Origin: a virus
Lineage: Duplodnaviria > Caudoviricetes
DNA: 24,611 bases
IMG/VR virus record: IMGVR_UViG_3300033562_001585
Coordinates: 1 to 24,611 of that record
Direction: 5' to 3' (one strand)
The position numbers and the translations under genes are program-made. A model generated the notes under the pieces. It saw only the letters and a program-made list of their open reading frames with translations. It ran no database searches and had not been told where the DNA came from. This document shows, one piece after another, positions 16,583 to 24,611 of this stretch (positions within the stretch are counted from its first letter, which is position 1; the number at the start of each line of letters is the position of its first letter).

Positions 16583-17653
16583 ATGAAACAGTACTTAGAT
16601 TTGTTACAGAACATCATTGATAATGGTGTCGAAAAAGAAAGCGGTAGAGCTAATATGCCAAATATTATTGGTATATCGAAAGCTGATATCAGTATGGATT
16701 TAGCTGATGGTTTTCCACTACTAACCACTAAAAAAATGTATTGGAAAGGTATCGTACACGAACTACTTTGGTTTTTACGTGGCGAAACAAATATCAAATA
16801 CCTTGTAGATAATAAGGTAAACATCTGGAATGGTGATGCTTATAGATGGTATCTAAAATATGTTGGAGTATTGGAAGAAGTAGATTATAACTACATGATG
16901 GATGATCCTAATGAAAATAAAACAAGACCATTCACAATGGAAGAATTTGTTGAAGCTATTAAATCAGCTAATTTGGGTGATGATCCAGAATATAAATTGG
17001 GTGATCTAGGTAAAGTCTATGGTTACCAATGGAGAAACCAAAATGGTGTTGATCAGGTGAAAGATGTAATTGAAGGTTTAAAATCAAATCCTTATAGTAG
17101 ATATCATATTATTGATGGCTGGAATAAAGCAGACTTCCCAGAAATGGCGTTGCCACCATGTCACCTACTTTATCAGTTTATTGTAAGACCATTAACATTT
17201 GATCAGAGAATGGATGTTTATAGAGAAAGAAATAATGGTATGATGCTTAATTTCGATAGTGTTGATAGAGTAACAAAAGCATTTAACGAATTAGGAATTC
17301 CTAAATTTTACCTTGATCTTAATATGTACCAACGAAGTGTTGACACATTTTTAGGCGCAAGTTTCAACGTAGCGTCTATGTCACTGTTACTTATGATTTT
17401 TGCTAAAGCATCTAATATGATTACAGGTGTTGCAAATTGGATTGGTGGTGATACACATTTATATGTTAACCATATCGAACAAGCGAAAGAACAGATAAAT
17501 AGAAAACCATTTCCGTTACCAACAATGAAAATAAATAAAGAGTTAAATAATTTAGATGATATTCTAAACCTATCAATTAATGATTTTGAAATAATTAATT
17601 ATTTATATCATCCAACCATAAAAGCTGAATTATTTACTGGATTAAAAAAATAA
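16583..17653 (+). CDS. thyA: Thymidylate synthase ThyA
   Basis: FPLLTTKK, ELLWFLRG, YGYQWR, MALPPCH (catalytic Cys), YQRSVD, FNVAS (dUMP-specifying Asn), GDTHLYVNH. Confidence 0.95.
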   Translation: MKQYLDLLQNIIDNGVEKESGRANMPNIIGISKADISMDLADGFPLLTTKKMYWKGIVHELLWFLRGETNIKYLVDNKVNIWNGDAYRWYLKYVGVLEEVDYNYMMDDPNENKTRPFTMEEFVEAIKSANLGDDPEYKLGDLGKVYGYQWRNQNGVDQVKDVIEGLKSNPYSRYHIIDGWNKADFPEMALPPCHLLYQFIVRPLTFDQRMDVYRERNNGMMLNFDSVDRVTKAFNELGIPKFYLDLNMYQRSVDTFLGASFNVASMSLLLMIFAKASNMITGVANWIGGDTHLYVNHIEQAKEQINRKPFPLPTMKINKELNNLDDILNLSINDFEIINYLYHPTIKAELFTGLKK

Positions 17654-17658
17654 ATTAA

Positions 17659-17886
17659 ATGATAGCAATAATATTAATATTATCAATAATTATATTATTG
17701 CTATCTTTAGCTTTATATATATTCATTAAGAAATCTTTTTATTTAAATAATAAAGAGAAAGAGTTTATTTTGTTTACATTTTCAGTATTTATGGAATATG
17801 GTGATGATCTTGGTATTCAATCAAAGGAACAGTATCAAAAAATTTGTGAAGAATTAAATAAAATAAAAAAACGACTAGATGAATAA
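17659..17886 (+). CDS. Small membrane-anchored protein, 75 aa
   Basis: N-terminal hydrophobic stretch IAIILILSIIILLLSLALYIFI followed by KK. Confidence 0.6.
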   Translation: MIAIILILSIIILLLSLALYIFIKKSFYLNNKEKEFILFTFSVFMEYGDDLGIQSKEQYQKICEELNKIKKRLDE

Positions 17887-18196
17887 TGAAGATGAATTCG
17901 ACATATGCGAAATACTATACAAATTATATCCTAATACGTCCTTTCAATATGTTGAAGATATGGATGATGCTATAGTTGGTGTAATGGGTAATAGATTAGT
18001 ATATTCTAAAAATGCTATAATAGAAATTTTATGTAATGATGATATGGACATTAAAGAAGCAGAATTATTTTATAATACAATACAAAACGAAAATAAAGGA
18101 GAAAGATCACCACTTTTTGTAAATGATGATCTTTTAACATATATTAAATATTCTGAAGATGATTCCACTAAAATATTTAATTTTTCATTAAATTAA
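17879..18196 (+). CDS. Hypothetical phage protein, 105 aa
   Basis: Acidic; DDAIVG...RLVYSK..IIEIL...MD..EA..F...GE..PLF pattern recalled from a widespread phage hypothetical family. Confidence 0.65.
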   Translation: MNNEDEFDICEILYKLYPNTSFQYVEDMDDAIVGVMGNRLVYSKNAIIEILCNDDMDIKEAELFYNTIQNENKGERSPLFVNDDLLTYIKYSEDDSTKIFNFSLN

Positions 18197-18735
18197 ACTT
18201 CAGATAATAGATTAGTAAAATCCTCTTTTACAGGAGTCGCAAGTATATTCTTGAAATAAGCTTTAAACCCACCAATAGTTTTCTTAGATGTATCAGTTAC
18301 ATTATTCGCTGACATTACTTCATAAAATCTTGGTTTCATACCACTCATATTATATTGGACTATATCACCTCTATTAATTTCTGTATTTTTCTCTTTTAAT
18401 TCTTCTAGATATATACCTATTCTTAAATTACCTGTATCATCACGAGTGATACCAGCATCACCATTACCATATAATTTCTGATCAGCATCTTCAACATTAA
18501 CCATAGCACTAAGCATAATTGGTGTCATAAAACTCTTATCGCTAGGTTTAGATTGTCCATATAATTTATGTGTTTTAGTTTCAATTATATTGATTCTATA
18601 TAAAGTAATTTCTTGTGGATTATCTTTTTTTAAAAAATCTCTACCATACATTATATCAAGATTAAATGAATTCTCTGACATAAATAATCCATATCTATGT
18701 TTTTCTAAATCAATATTTGGTTGTTTTTTCTTCAT
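18193..18735 (-). CDS. Neck / head-closure protein (T4 gp14-like)
   Basis: EITLYRIN...HKLYGQS...GIYLEELKE...INRGDIV...FYEV; directly downstream of the gp13-like gene. Confidence 0.65.
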   Translation of the reverse strand: MKKKQPNIDLEKHRYGLFMSENSFNLDIMYGRDFLKKDNPQEITLYRINIIETKTHKLYGQSKPSDKSFMTPIMLSAMVNVEDADQKLYGNGDAGITRDDTGNLRIGIYLEELKEKNTEINRGDIVQYNMSGMKPRFYEVMSANNVTDTSKKTIGGFKAYFKNILATPVKEDFTNLLSEV

Positions 18736-18736
18736 A

Positions 18737-19855
18737 TTAAATAGGAATTATTGGTGTTTTAAATGGCTGATAACCAAGTGCTTTATTAACATTTTCAGCA
18801 ATTTTTGCTCTATTTTCAGTAAGATTAACTTGAGAAATTTTATCTAAACTTTCAATTAAAAACTTTTCGGTATCTTCTTTTAATTTAATACCTTCATCAA
18901 GTAAATGTCTATAATCTAATGTTAGTTCTTTATCACTTACACCAATACTACCAGTATAGAAACCTCTAATACCGCCAATAACCATTTTAACTTTAGCTAT
19001 TAATAAATTTCTTATTTGTTGTTTAGCTACATCATTTAAATTAGACCATTCAAGAACACTAGTTGGACTATCGCTTGGTAATCTTACTATATCTGGATTA
19101 TCTTTAATACATTTTTTTCTGTTTTGTTTATTGGTTTCATAATACCAATACCACACTTGTCTACCAACCATTTCATTCATCCACGTTGCATGAATTTCAT
19201 TACGACCACTTGGAACAGGATATAAATGTAACATTTTTTCACCTGTTTCTAAACCAGTAATTCTATAGGTTAATGGTGATTGTAACATTCTCTGTTTCAT
19301 TCTTCTATCTTGCGCCATCAAAAGCGTTGAGTAAATTGGTTGTACATAACGAGCAGGTGATGAATACATTGTGAATCCACCTATATTATTACCAGCCATA
19401 GTTAATGCAAATGGATCTATTTGTCCACCATCAATTGAAGGTGGTGTATCCCAAAGAACTTCATTAACTTCTCTATTCGCAGGTATAATATAATGTTGTA
19501 CATGTGGTTGAACAGTAATAAAATCACGTTTTAATTCCCAACCAATGCCAGCAGGTGCGTTAGTACCTAATCCAACCTGTTTAGAGTATGCATATGTAAA
19601 TGATTTCATATAATCATTTGATTTTGTGCTATATGCAACAGTAAAGTCAGACAAGTTTTTGTCTAACCCTTCTAAAGAAACCCATTGCTGTTGAATAAGC
19701 CAATTATTTAAAATTGATGAATAATCTTCAACAACCATTTCAAGATATGAGTTCATCATTTCATCCTCTAATTCAAATGGACGTAAAGGATATCCTAATT
19801 CATGCTTTACTTGAAGGTATAATTTATTTCGTTCTTGTTTGGTAATTAATGCCAT
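18737..19855 (-). CDS. Neck / head-tail adaptor (T4 gp13-like)
   Basis: N-terminal VKHELGYPLRPFELEDEMM..YLE and C-terminal GGIRGFY...LTLDYRHLLDEG resemble gp13 termini. Confidence 0.75.
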   Translation of the reverse strand: MALITKQERNKLYLQVKHELGYPLRPFELEDEMMNSYLEMVVEDYSSILNNWLIQQQWVSLEGLDKNLSDFTVAYSTKSNDYMKSFTYAYSKQVGLGTNAPAGIGWELKRDFITVQPHVQHYIIPANREVNEVLWDTPPSIDGGQIDPFALTMAGNNIGGFTMYSSPARYVQPIYSTLLMAQDRRMKQRMLQSPLTYRITGLETGEKMLHLYPVPSGRNEIHATWMNEMVGRQVWYWYYETNKQNRKKCIKDNPDIVRLPSDSPTSVLEWSNLNDVAKQQIRNLLIAKVKMVIGGIRGFYTGSIGVSDKELTLDYRHLLDEGIKLKEDTEKFLIESLDKISQVNLTENRAKIAENVNKALGYQPFKTPIIPI

Positions 19856-19888
19856 AGTTTTTTATTTTTATTTCTAATATTTTATTCA

Positions 19889-19896
19889 TACATTTG
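19889..19896 (+). promoter_or_regulatory. Bacteroidota-type -7 element TACATTTG upstream of helicase
   Basis: TAnnTTTG match 28 nt upstream of ATG 19925; no clean -33 TTTG. Confidence 0.5.
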
Positions 19897-19901
19897 TAGT
19901 A

Positions 19902-19910
19902 TATAAATAC
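19902..19910 (-). promoter_or_regulatory. Putative late promoter motif GTATTTATA (neck genes)
   Basis: TATAAATAC on + strand, 46 nt upstream of ATG 19855; flanks TATATAAATACTTT identical to the 14389 copy. Confidence 0.6.
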
Positions 19911-19924
19911 TTTAAAATTATATA

Positions 19925-21439
19925 ATGAATTTTAAACCAACACAAGAACAGGAAAAGATTTTTCATTTTGTAAAAACAAGACCAGAAAATTTATTAATTG
20001 AAGCTTACGCAGGTGGGGGAAAAACCACTACAATTATAGAAATAGCTAAATTATTGCCTAAAGATAAGCAAATAACGTTCTTAGCTTTTAATAAACATAT
20101 TCAAGAAGAGTTAAAAACTAAATTACCTGAACATGTTCGTTGTTATACAACATATGGATTAGGTATGGGTGCTTTAAAAAGAAAATATGGCGAAAAAATA
20201 GTTTTTGATGAATTTAAAGTAGATAAAATAATTACTAAAAAATCTAAATCTTGGGGATTAGATTTAGAATTTAATTATAATCATGAAGATATTTACACAT
20301 ATTTATATGACCTAAAAAAGCTAGTAAATTATTGTAGATCATCTTTAAGTCTTACAGCAGATAGTATACCATATCTAATTGAAAAATACGATGTTAACCT
20401 TAATAAAAATGAGGATATAAAGCGTACTTTAAAAGTATTAGATGCTATGGTAAATGATAGAACTACATATGATTTTACTGATATGATATTTCTACCTGCA
20501 ATAGATAATACTATATGGATGTTTCCTCAAGATTATGTAGTAGTTGATGAATATCAAGATTTAAATCGCTGCCAAATTAAAATTATTGAAAAAATAATAA
20601 AAAAAGATAAAGTAACTGGAAACCAAATTGGTAGACTATTCGCAGTTGGGGATAAATTTCAAAATATTTATTCGTTTAATTGTAGTGATGGACAATCATT
20701 TGCTAATTTTGAAAAATATTCAAATACTAAAGTGTTACCTTTATCGTATTCATTTAGATGTGCTAAAAATATTATAGCAAACGCTAATACGTTAGTTAAA
20801 GAAATTAAAGCGTTAGATAACGCTCCTGATGGGATAGTAAGGCATAATGGTGATGTTTTAAAAGAAGCTGAATCAGGTGATTTTGTATTATGTAGAACTA
20901 CTATGCCATTAGTAAAATTATTTTTTAGCTTTCTAATAGAGCATAAAAAGGCTGTTGTTAAAGGTTCTGATATTGGTATTAACTTAGTTGAAATGATTGG
21001 CAAAATCCTTGATATAGAGAAGTTAAAATCACATTGGATGGGAGAAGTTATGAAGTTTAAAAAAGATTTATATGGTAAAGGTATTTTAAACCCAAGTGAA
21101 CATAGTGGATATGTTGCATTAGAAGATAAAGTAACTGTTTTATTATTTCTTGCTGGAATGGCTAATACTGTTTCAGAATTAAAAGATAAAATTAAATTTA
21201 TTTTTAATGATGATGTTAATGGTAGAGGAATTGTATTAAGTACAGTACATAAAGCAAAAGGATTGGAAACTGATAGAGTTTTTATAATTAGACCAGATTT
21301 ACTTCCAATGAAAACAGTTAGAAAAGCTTGGCAAGTTATTGAAGAAAGAAATATACAGTATGTTGCACTTACTAGGGCGAAGCTAGAATTAGTTTATGAT
21401 CACGAATATGATAAACCAGAAGAAGATAAAAAAGAATAG
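19925..21439 (+). CDS. UvrD/Rep-family superfamily 1 DNA helicase (compact, 504 aa)
   Basis: AYAGGGKT (Walker A), LAFN, VDEYQD, VGDKFQNIYSF, SFRC, STVHKAKGLE, YVALTRAK. Confidence 0.92.
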   Translation: MNFKPTQEQEKIFHFVKTRPENLLIEAYAGGGKTTTIIEIAKLLPKDKQITFLAFNKHIQEELKTKLPEHVRCYTTYGLGMGALKRKYGEKIVFDEFKVDKIITKKSKSWGLDLEFNYNHEDIYTYLYDLKKLVNYCRSSLSLTADSIPYLIEKYDVNLNKNEDIKRTLKVLDAMVNDRTTYDFTDMIFLPAIDNTIWMFPQDYVVVDEYQDLNRCQIKIIEKIIKKDKVTGNQIGRLFAVGDKFQNIYSFNCSDGQSFANFEKYSNTKVLPLSYSFRCAKNIIANANTLVKEIKALDNAPDGIVRHNGDVLKEAESGDFVLCRTTMPLVKLFFSFLIEHKKAVVKGSDIGINLVEMIGKILDIEKLKSHWMGEVMKFKKDLYGKGILNPSEHSGYVALEDKVTVLLFLAGMANTVSELKDKIKFIFNDDVNGRGIVLSTVHKAKGLETDRVFIIRPDLLPMKTVRKAWQVIEERNIQYVALTRAKLELVYDHEYDKPEEDKKE

Positions 21440-21441
21440 TT

Positions 21442-21849
21442 ATGGAATACATGAATAATAAAACTAGGTGGGTTGTGAAAATTAATAATCAGAAAACTAA
21501 AAGGGTTTTGATTGAATATTTTCCATTAAAAAATAAATTTATATTTAGTGGTCAATTAAAGGTTGTTGAAATATGGTATACTTTTTCTATAAGAAAAGTT
21601 AAATTAGGTAGAAATATTACTGGACATGATGAATTAAATCAATCAATTTTTGAAATTGCTACTGTTGACAATATTGATATTGATGATAATATACTCAAAG
21701 TATATGCGGAACTAGAAACTAAAGTAGCAAACTATAATTTTTTTACCAAAAGAATGGAAGAATATAAAGATAGTTTTAATAAGTTTGCTTGTAAAATAAG
21801 TGATGAATCTGAAATAGCACTAGAACCAGAACCTGAAGGATCTAATTAA
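21442..21849 (+). CDS. Hypothetical protein, 135 aa
   Basis: Coupled to helicase (2-nt gap); no recognised motif. Confidence 0.65.
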   Translation: MEYMNNKTRWVVKINNQKTKRVLIEYFPLKNKFIFSGQLKVVEIWYTFSIRKVKLGRNITGHDELNQSIFEIATVDNIDIDDNILKVYAELETKVANYNFFTKRMEEYKDSFNKFACKISDESEIALEPEPEGSN

Positions 21850-23344
21850 TATTTTTATAGCTCCATAAAATATTATCAATCACTTTGTCTTTCATACACC
21901 ACCTAGACATTGTTGATTGATTAATATTTGCATTATTAGCAGCAAGAGTTGTTGTATCAAAATCTTGAATAAGTATATTTTTTATTTTATCTATTTTATA
22001 TACTCTTTTACAAATATTTTTTTGTTTATCAGTCCAACCTTTTTCTAATTTAGTTTTAGAAATTTTTAATTTAGTCTCTTCATCACGAGTTTTACCTTCC
22101 CAATATTTAGGTGAATTATCACTCAGATATTTTTTTTCTTCTTCAGATTTAGTTTTACCATATTTTTTAGCTTCATCAGTACCAGCTTTAGCTATTTTTT
22201 TATTGACCCATTCTTTAGATTGTTTAATGCCTAAATGAGACTCAGACATTTTTCTTAATGTTTCAATACTAGGTTTAGCATTATTTCCGCCTAATTCAAT
22301 ATTATAACCAAAATTCTTATCAATAGATTTATATTTCTGGATATAATCAACTTCTTTTAAATTTAAATCATCTAAACTTATTGCTGTATCAATAATTGAA
22401 AACTCAAAATTATTCCAACCATATTTGTTAAATGCATTTAATAAATATTGATTATTATGATTTTGTAAATTAAATGCTGATTTATGTTCTACAATTCTTT
22501 TTTTTATATCTCTGGTAGTTTGCCCTATATATATTTTACCATTAACCTTATTAACTATTGAATATATAAAACCATAAATTATTTGATTATTTTCAATAGT
22601 TAATACGTATTTTAATTTACCACAATTCCAAACTTTAACTAAATTAGATAATATTTTATTTTTATCAGTTTCAGATATTTTATTGTTTTTCTTATATTTA
22701 GTACCAAAAGAGAATTTATGAAAAAGTTTATCTTCTTCAGGTAAATAATATTTAAAATCTGGTGGTATAATTTTATCTAATCCAAATCCATTAGATTTAT
22801 ATATGTTACTAGTTATATTAGACATATTTAAATCAGCAAAGGAAATTATTTTTTTAGGCGAATATGTTTTAATAAATTTTTTAATAAATCTATTAAATAT
22901 ACCTGTTATAATAAATTTTGATTTAATTGCAAATCTTGATAAATTATATTCGTTATCATTTAAACCACCATTAAAACTATTTGATGTATCAAATGTTATT
23001 ACAGAAACTAATTCTTCCTGAAAAAATGCACCATAAAAAATTTGTGATTTATCAGTACCTTGAAGATGATAAGTATTTAAAAAAATATTTTTTTCTAAAT
23101 TACTAATTTCTTTAATAACACATTTCCTTGCAGAAATATTTATTTGATCAATAAATTTTAATCTTTTAATTCTCTCCTTTATTAAAATTTTATTTTCTAA
23201 ATCAAAATAATTATATATTATACAATTATCGTAGAGAGTTAAATACTCTTTTTTTAAATTTAATAAATCTTTATTTTTATAAATATAAAAATCTTTTATA
23301 TCTAAAAATAATAATATTGTATTATTAACTATTAATTTTTTCAT
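21842..23344 (-). CDS. Free-standing GIY-YIG homing endonuclease with NUMOD3/NUMOD1-like tail and N-terminal GNAT/Mom-like (Hef-associated) domain
   Basis: GFIYSIVNKVNGKIYIGQT...R..EH...E...GYN; SIETLRKMSESHLG, DEETKLKISKTK, terminal HTH. N-terminal ISARKCVIKE...YHLQG...ELVS...SFAD...KVWNCG is shared with the two other endonucleases. Confidence 0.85.
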   Translation of the reverse strand: MKKLIVNNTILLFLDIKDFYIYKNKDLLNLKKEYLTLYDNCIIYNYFDLENKILIKERIKRLKFIDQINISARKCVIKEISNLEKNIFLNTYHLQGTDKSQIFYGAFFQEELVSVITFDTSNSFNGGLNDNEYNLSRFAIKSKFIITGIFNRFIKKFIKTYSPKKIISFADLNMSNITSNIYKSNGFGLDKIIPPDFKYYLPEEDKLFHKFSFGTKYKKNNKISETDKNKILSNLVKVWNCGKLKYVLTIENNQIIYGFIYSIVNKVNGKIYIGQTTRDIKKRIVEHKSAFNLQNHNNQYLLNAFNKYGWNNFEFSIIDTAISLDDLNLKEVDYIQKYKSIDKNFGYNIELGGNNAKPSIETLRKMSESHLGIKQSKEWVNKKIAKAGTDEAKKYGKTKSEEEKKYLSDNSPKYWEGKTRDEETKLKISKTKLEKGWTDKQKNICKRVYKIDKIKNILIQDFDTTTLAANNANINQSTMSRWCMKDKVIDNILWSYKNIN

Positions 23345-23388
23345 TATTCTAATATAATATTATATGGTACTTATATATCAATTCATCA

Positions 23389-23396
23389 CAAAGATA
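23389..23396 (-). promoter_or_regulatory. Bacteroidota-type -7 element TATCTTTG for the GIY-YIG gene
   Basis: CAAAGATA on + strand, 44 nt upstream of ATG 23344, directly after the MCP terminator U-tract. Confidence 0.5.
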
Positions 23397-23428
23397 AAAA
23401 AAAAGGTTGTAGAATCTACAACCTTTTT
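23396..23428 (-). terminator. Intrinsic terminator after major capsid gene
   Basis: AAAAAGGTTGTAGA-A-TCTACAACCTTTTT inverted repeat, with a 9-U tract on the minus strand. Confidence 0.85.
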
Positions 23429-23443
23429 AATATTATTTATCGA

Positions 23444-24610
23444 CTACTGTAAATCACCGATTCCGAATGATGCAAGACCATCGCAATAGATACGTCCAAA
23501 GTAACGATTAAGTACCATTTTCTTAGCGTAACGCATTAAGATACCACGTATTGGTGTGAAATCGAATGGGTTATACATTACAGGTGTTAACTGCATTGGA
23601 ATATAAGGGGCAAAAATGTAACCGCTTTCAAGGATTGAAGTTCCTTTATGACCAATCAAAACTGTGTTTGCTGGAGCATATGGATCACGATATACTAAGT
23701 AACGAGCACCTAATACACCAACTTTTTCAATACCCATGTTATATTTATCCTGTTCTGGATCAGCGTTAGATACGTGGAAGTATTCAAGGTCATCAAATAC
23801 AGCACTTACTTCAGGAGAAACAACAACCCAACTAGCACCACCTCTAAGAGTTGATTTGTGGATTTGAGCAGAAATCTGATTGATCTTAGTTAAAAGAGTC
23901 TGATTCCAGTCTTTTTGAGTTCCCATGTAAGTAGTGGTTTGTTTTCTCATACCATTGTAATCCCATCTGCTAGTCCAAGCAGCACCTCTACGAAGGTCAC
24001 GAAGAATTTCTCTATCTACTTCAGCAGCCATCTGTTCAGAAAGCAATGCAGTAAGTTCAGCTTCAGCGTCAATATTATGAAAAGCTGAAACGTCTTGAGC
24101 TAACTCAGGAGTCCACTGTGCTCTCATTTTACGAGTTTCAACAGATACAGTTACCTGATCTAATTGGAACGTTACTTCAGCCATTCTTGAATCTTCTTCC
24201 AAATCTTCATATGTTTTGTAAGTAACAGTGAAAGTACCACCAGTAGCACCACTAAAAGGTTTATAACCATCAGCACCAGCATAAGTTAAATCAACGTTTA
24301 AAATCAACTGACCAGTTTTAGAAACGATTGGTTGACCATATTTCTGAACTTTTACGTTGAAAGGAACAGGTTGACCAGCAACGATAGTTTCAGTTCCATA
24401 AGGAGCTGGAGCAACTAAATCTTCGCTAAAAGTAACTTGTAATCCAGCTAAGAATGATTCAGTGTCCTGTGGAACACCAGTAGGGCCTACTAATTTACCG
24501 TTTTCAGTAGAATAAATTCCACCTACAGTTACAGCTACGTTAGTTGTTACACCCACAGTTATTGTACCAGCAGTTAATGAAGCACCAGTTACAGTATTAA
24601 TAGTAATACC
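23444..24610 (-). CDS. Major capsid protein (T4 gp23-like), N-terminus outside window
   Basis: TRKMRAQWTPELAQDVSAFHNIDAEAELTALLSEQMAAEVDREIL, RGGASWVVVS, GYIFAPYIP, FTPIRGILMRY. Frame stays open to the window edge, so the track start at 24556 is not the true start. Confidence 0.97.
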   Translation of the reverse strand, partial: GITINTVTGASLTAGTITVGVTTNVAVTVGGIYSTENGKLVGPTGVPQDTESFLAGLQVTFSEDLVAPAPYGTETIVAGQPVPFNVKVQKYGQPIVSKTGQLILNVDLTYAGADGYKPFSGATGGTFTVTYKTYEDLEEDSRMAEVTFQLDQVTVSVETRKMRAQWTPELAQDVSAFHNIDAEAELTALLSEQMAAEVDREILRDLRRGAAWTSRWDYNGMRKQTTTYMGTQKDWNQTLLTKINQISAQIHKSTLRGGASWVVVSPEVSAVFDDLEYFHVSNADPEQDKYNMGIEKVGVLGARYLVYRDPYAPANTVLIGHKGTSILESGYIFAPYIPMQLTPVMYNPFDFTPIRGILMRYAKKMVLNRYFGRIYCDGLASFGIGDLQ

Positions 24611-24611
24611 A

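Larger units (their letters stand above)
1..24611. mobile_element. Bacteriophage DNA: T4-like (contractile-tail) large/jumbo phage, structural plus nucleotide-metabolism region
   Basis: gp23-type MCP, sheath, tube, neck, terminator and spike genes; free-standing homing-endonuclease-like genes; dense, AT-rich coding; no clearly cellular-only genes. Confidence 0.96.

Noticed and set aside
16583-17653. Group I intron or intein in thyA (as in T4 td), or intein in helicase or sheath
   Set aside because: ORFs are continuous; insertions are short and show no intein C...HN signature or embedded endonuclease
17659-17886. Holin or spanin assignment
   Set aside because: A single transmembrane segment only; no adjacent endolysin or lipobox partner
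16570-23769. ORFs 16570-16824, 18590-18847, 20668-21003, 22803-23021, 23566-23769
   Set aside because: Opposite-strand shadows of thyA, neck, helicase, endonuclease and MCP genes
24554-24556. GTG start of MCP given by the track
   Set aside because: Frame is open to the window edge and the conserved MCP N-terminal region is missing
1-24611. Stop-codon reassignment (TAG or TAA), suggested by in-frame TAAs at 1997 and 9296 and by the Lak-like MCP
   Set aside because: Genes are intact and dense under code 11; TAA ends most genes and TAG ends several at expected positions
1-24611. tRNA, rRNA, CRISPR array or DGR template/variable repeats
   Set aside because: Intergenic gaps are short and AT-rich; no cloverleaf, spaced direct repeats or long near-identical repeat pair seen by eye

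Overview
AT-rich segment of a large T4-like myophage genome, read with the standard genetic code. Virion genes: C-terminal part of a gp23-type major capsid protein (MCP), gp13/gp14-like neck proteins, gp15-like tail terminator, tail sheath, tail tube, gp5/Vgr-like central spike and several unknown baseplate/tail proteins. These are interleaved with a + strand nucleotide-metabolism/accessory block (KTSC protein, dUTPase, thymidylate synthase, UvrD-like helicase). TAnnTTTG promoter elements and A-rich leaders without Shine-Dalgarno sequences point to a Bacteroidota host; the MCP resembles, from memory, the Lak-like jumbo-phage type. Main observations: (1) three small accessory ORFs around dut carry what look like fragments of head-assembly proteins: two copies of the MCP N-terminal segment, the next conserved MCP segment (VQPLSPPTG) as a C-terminal tail, and the ISSR half of the prohead protease. 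They may be decoys, assembly interferers or capsid-targeting tags. (2) Three free-standing endonuclease genes next to MCP and sheath share a GNAT/Mom-like domain fused to two different nuclease folds. (3) A GTATTTATA motif, the reverse complement of the T4 late promoter, precedes the structural transcription units and overlaps or abuts host-type promoters. (4) An [ST]Gx[ST] motif is strongly enriched in a few virion proteins. All homology calls come from motif recognition, not database searches.
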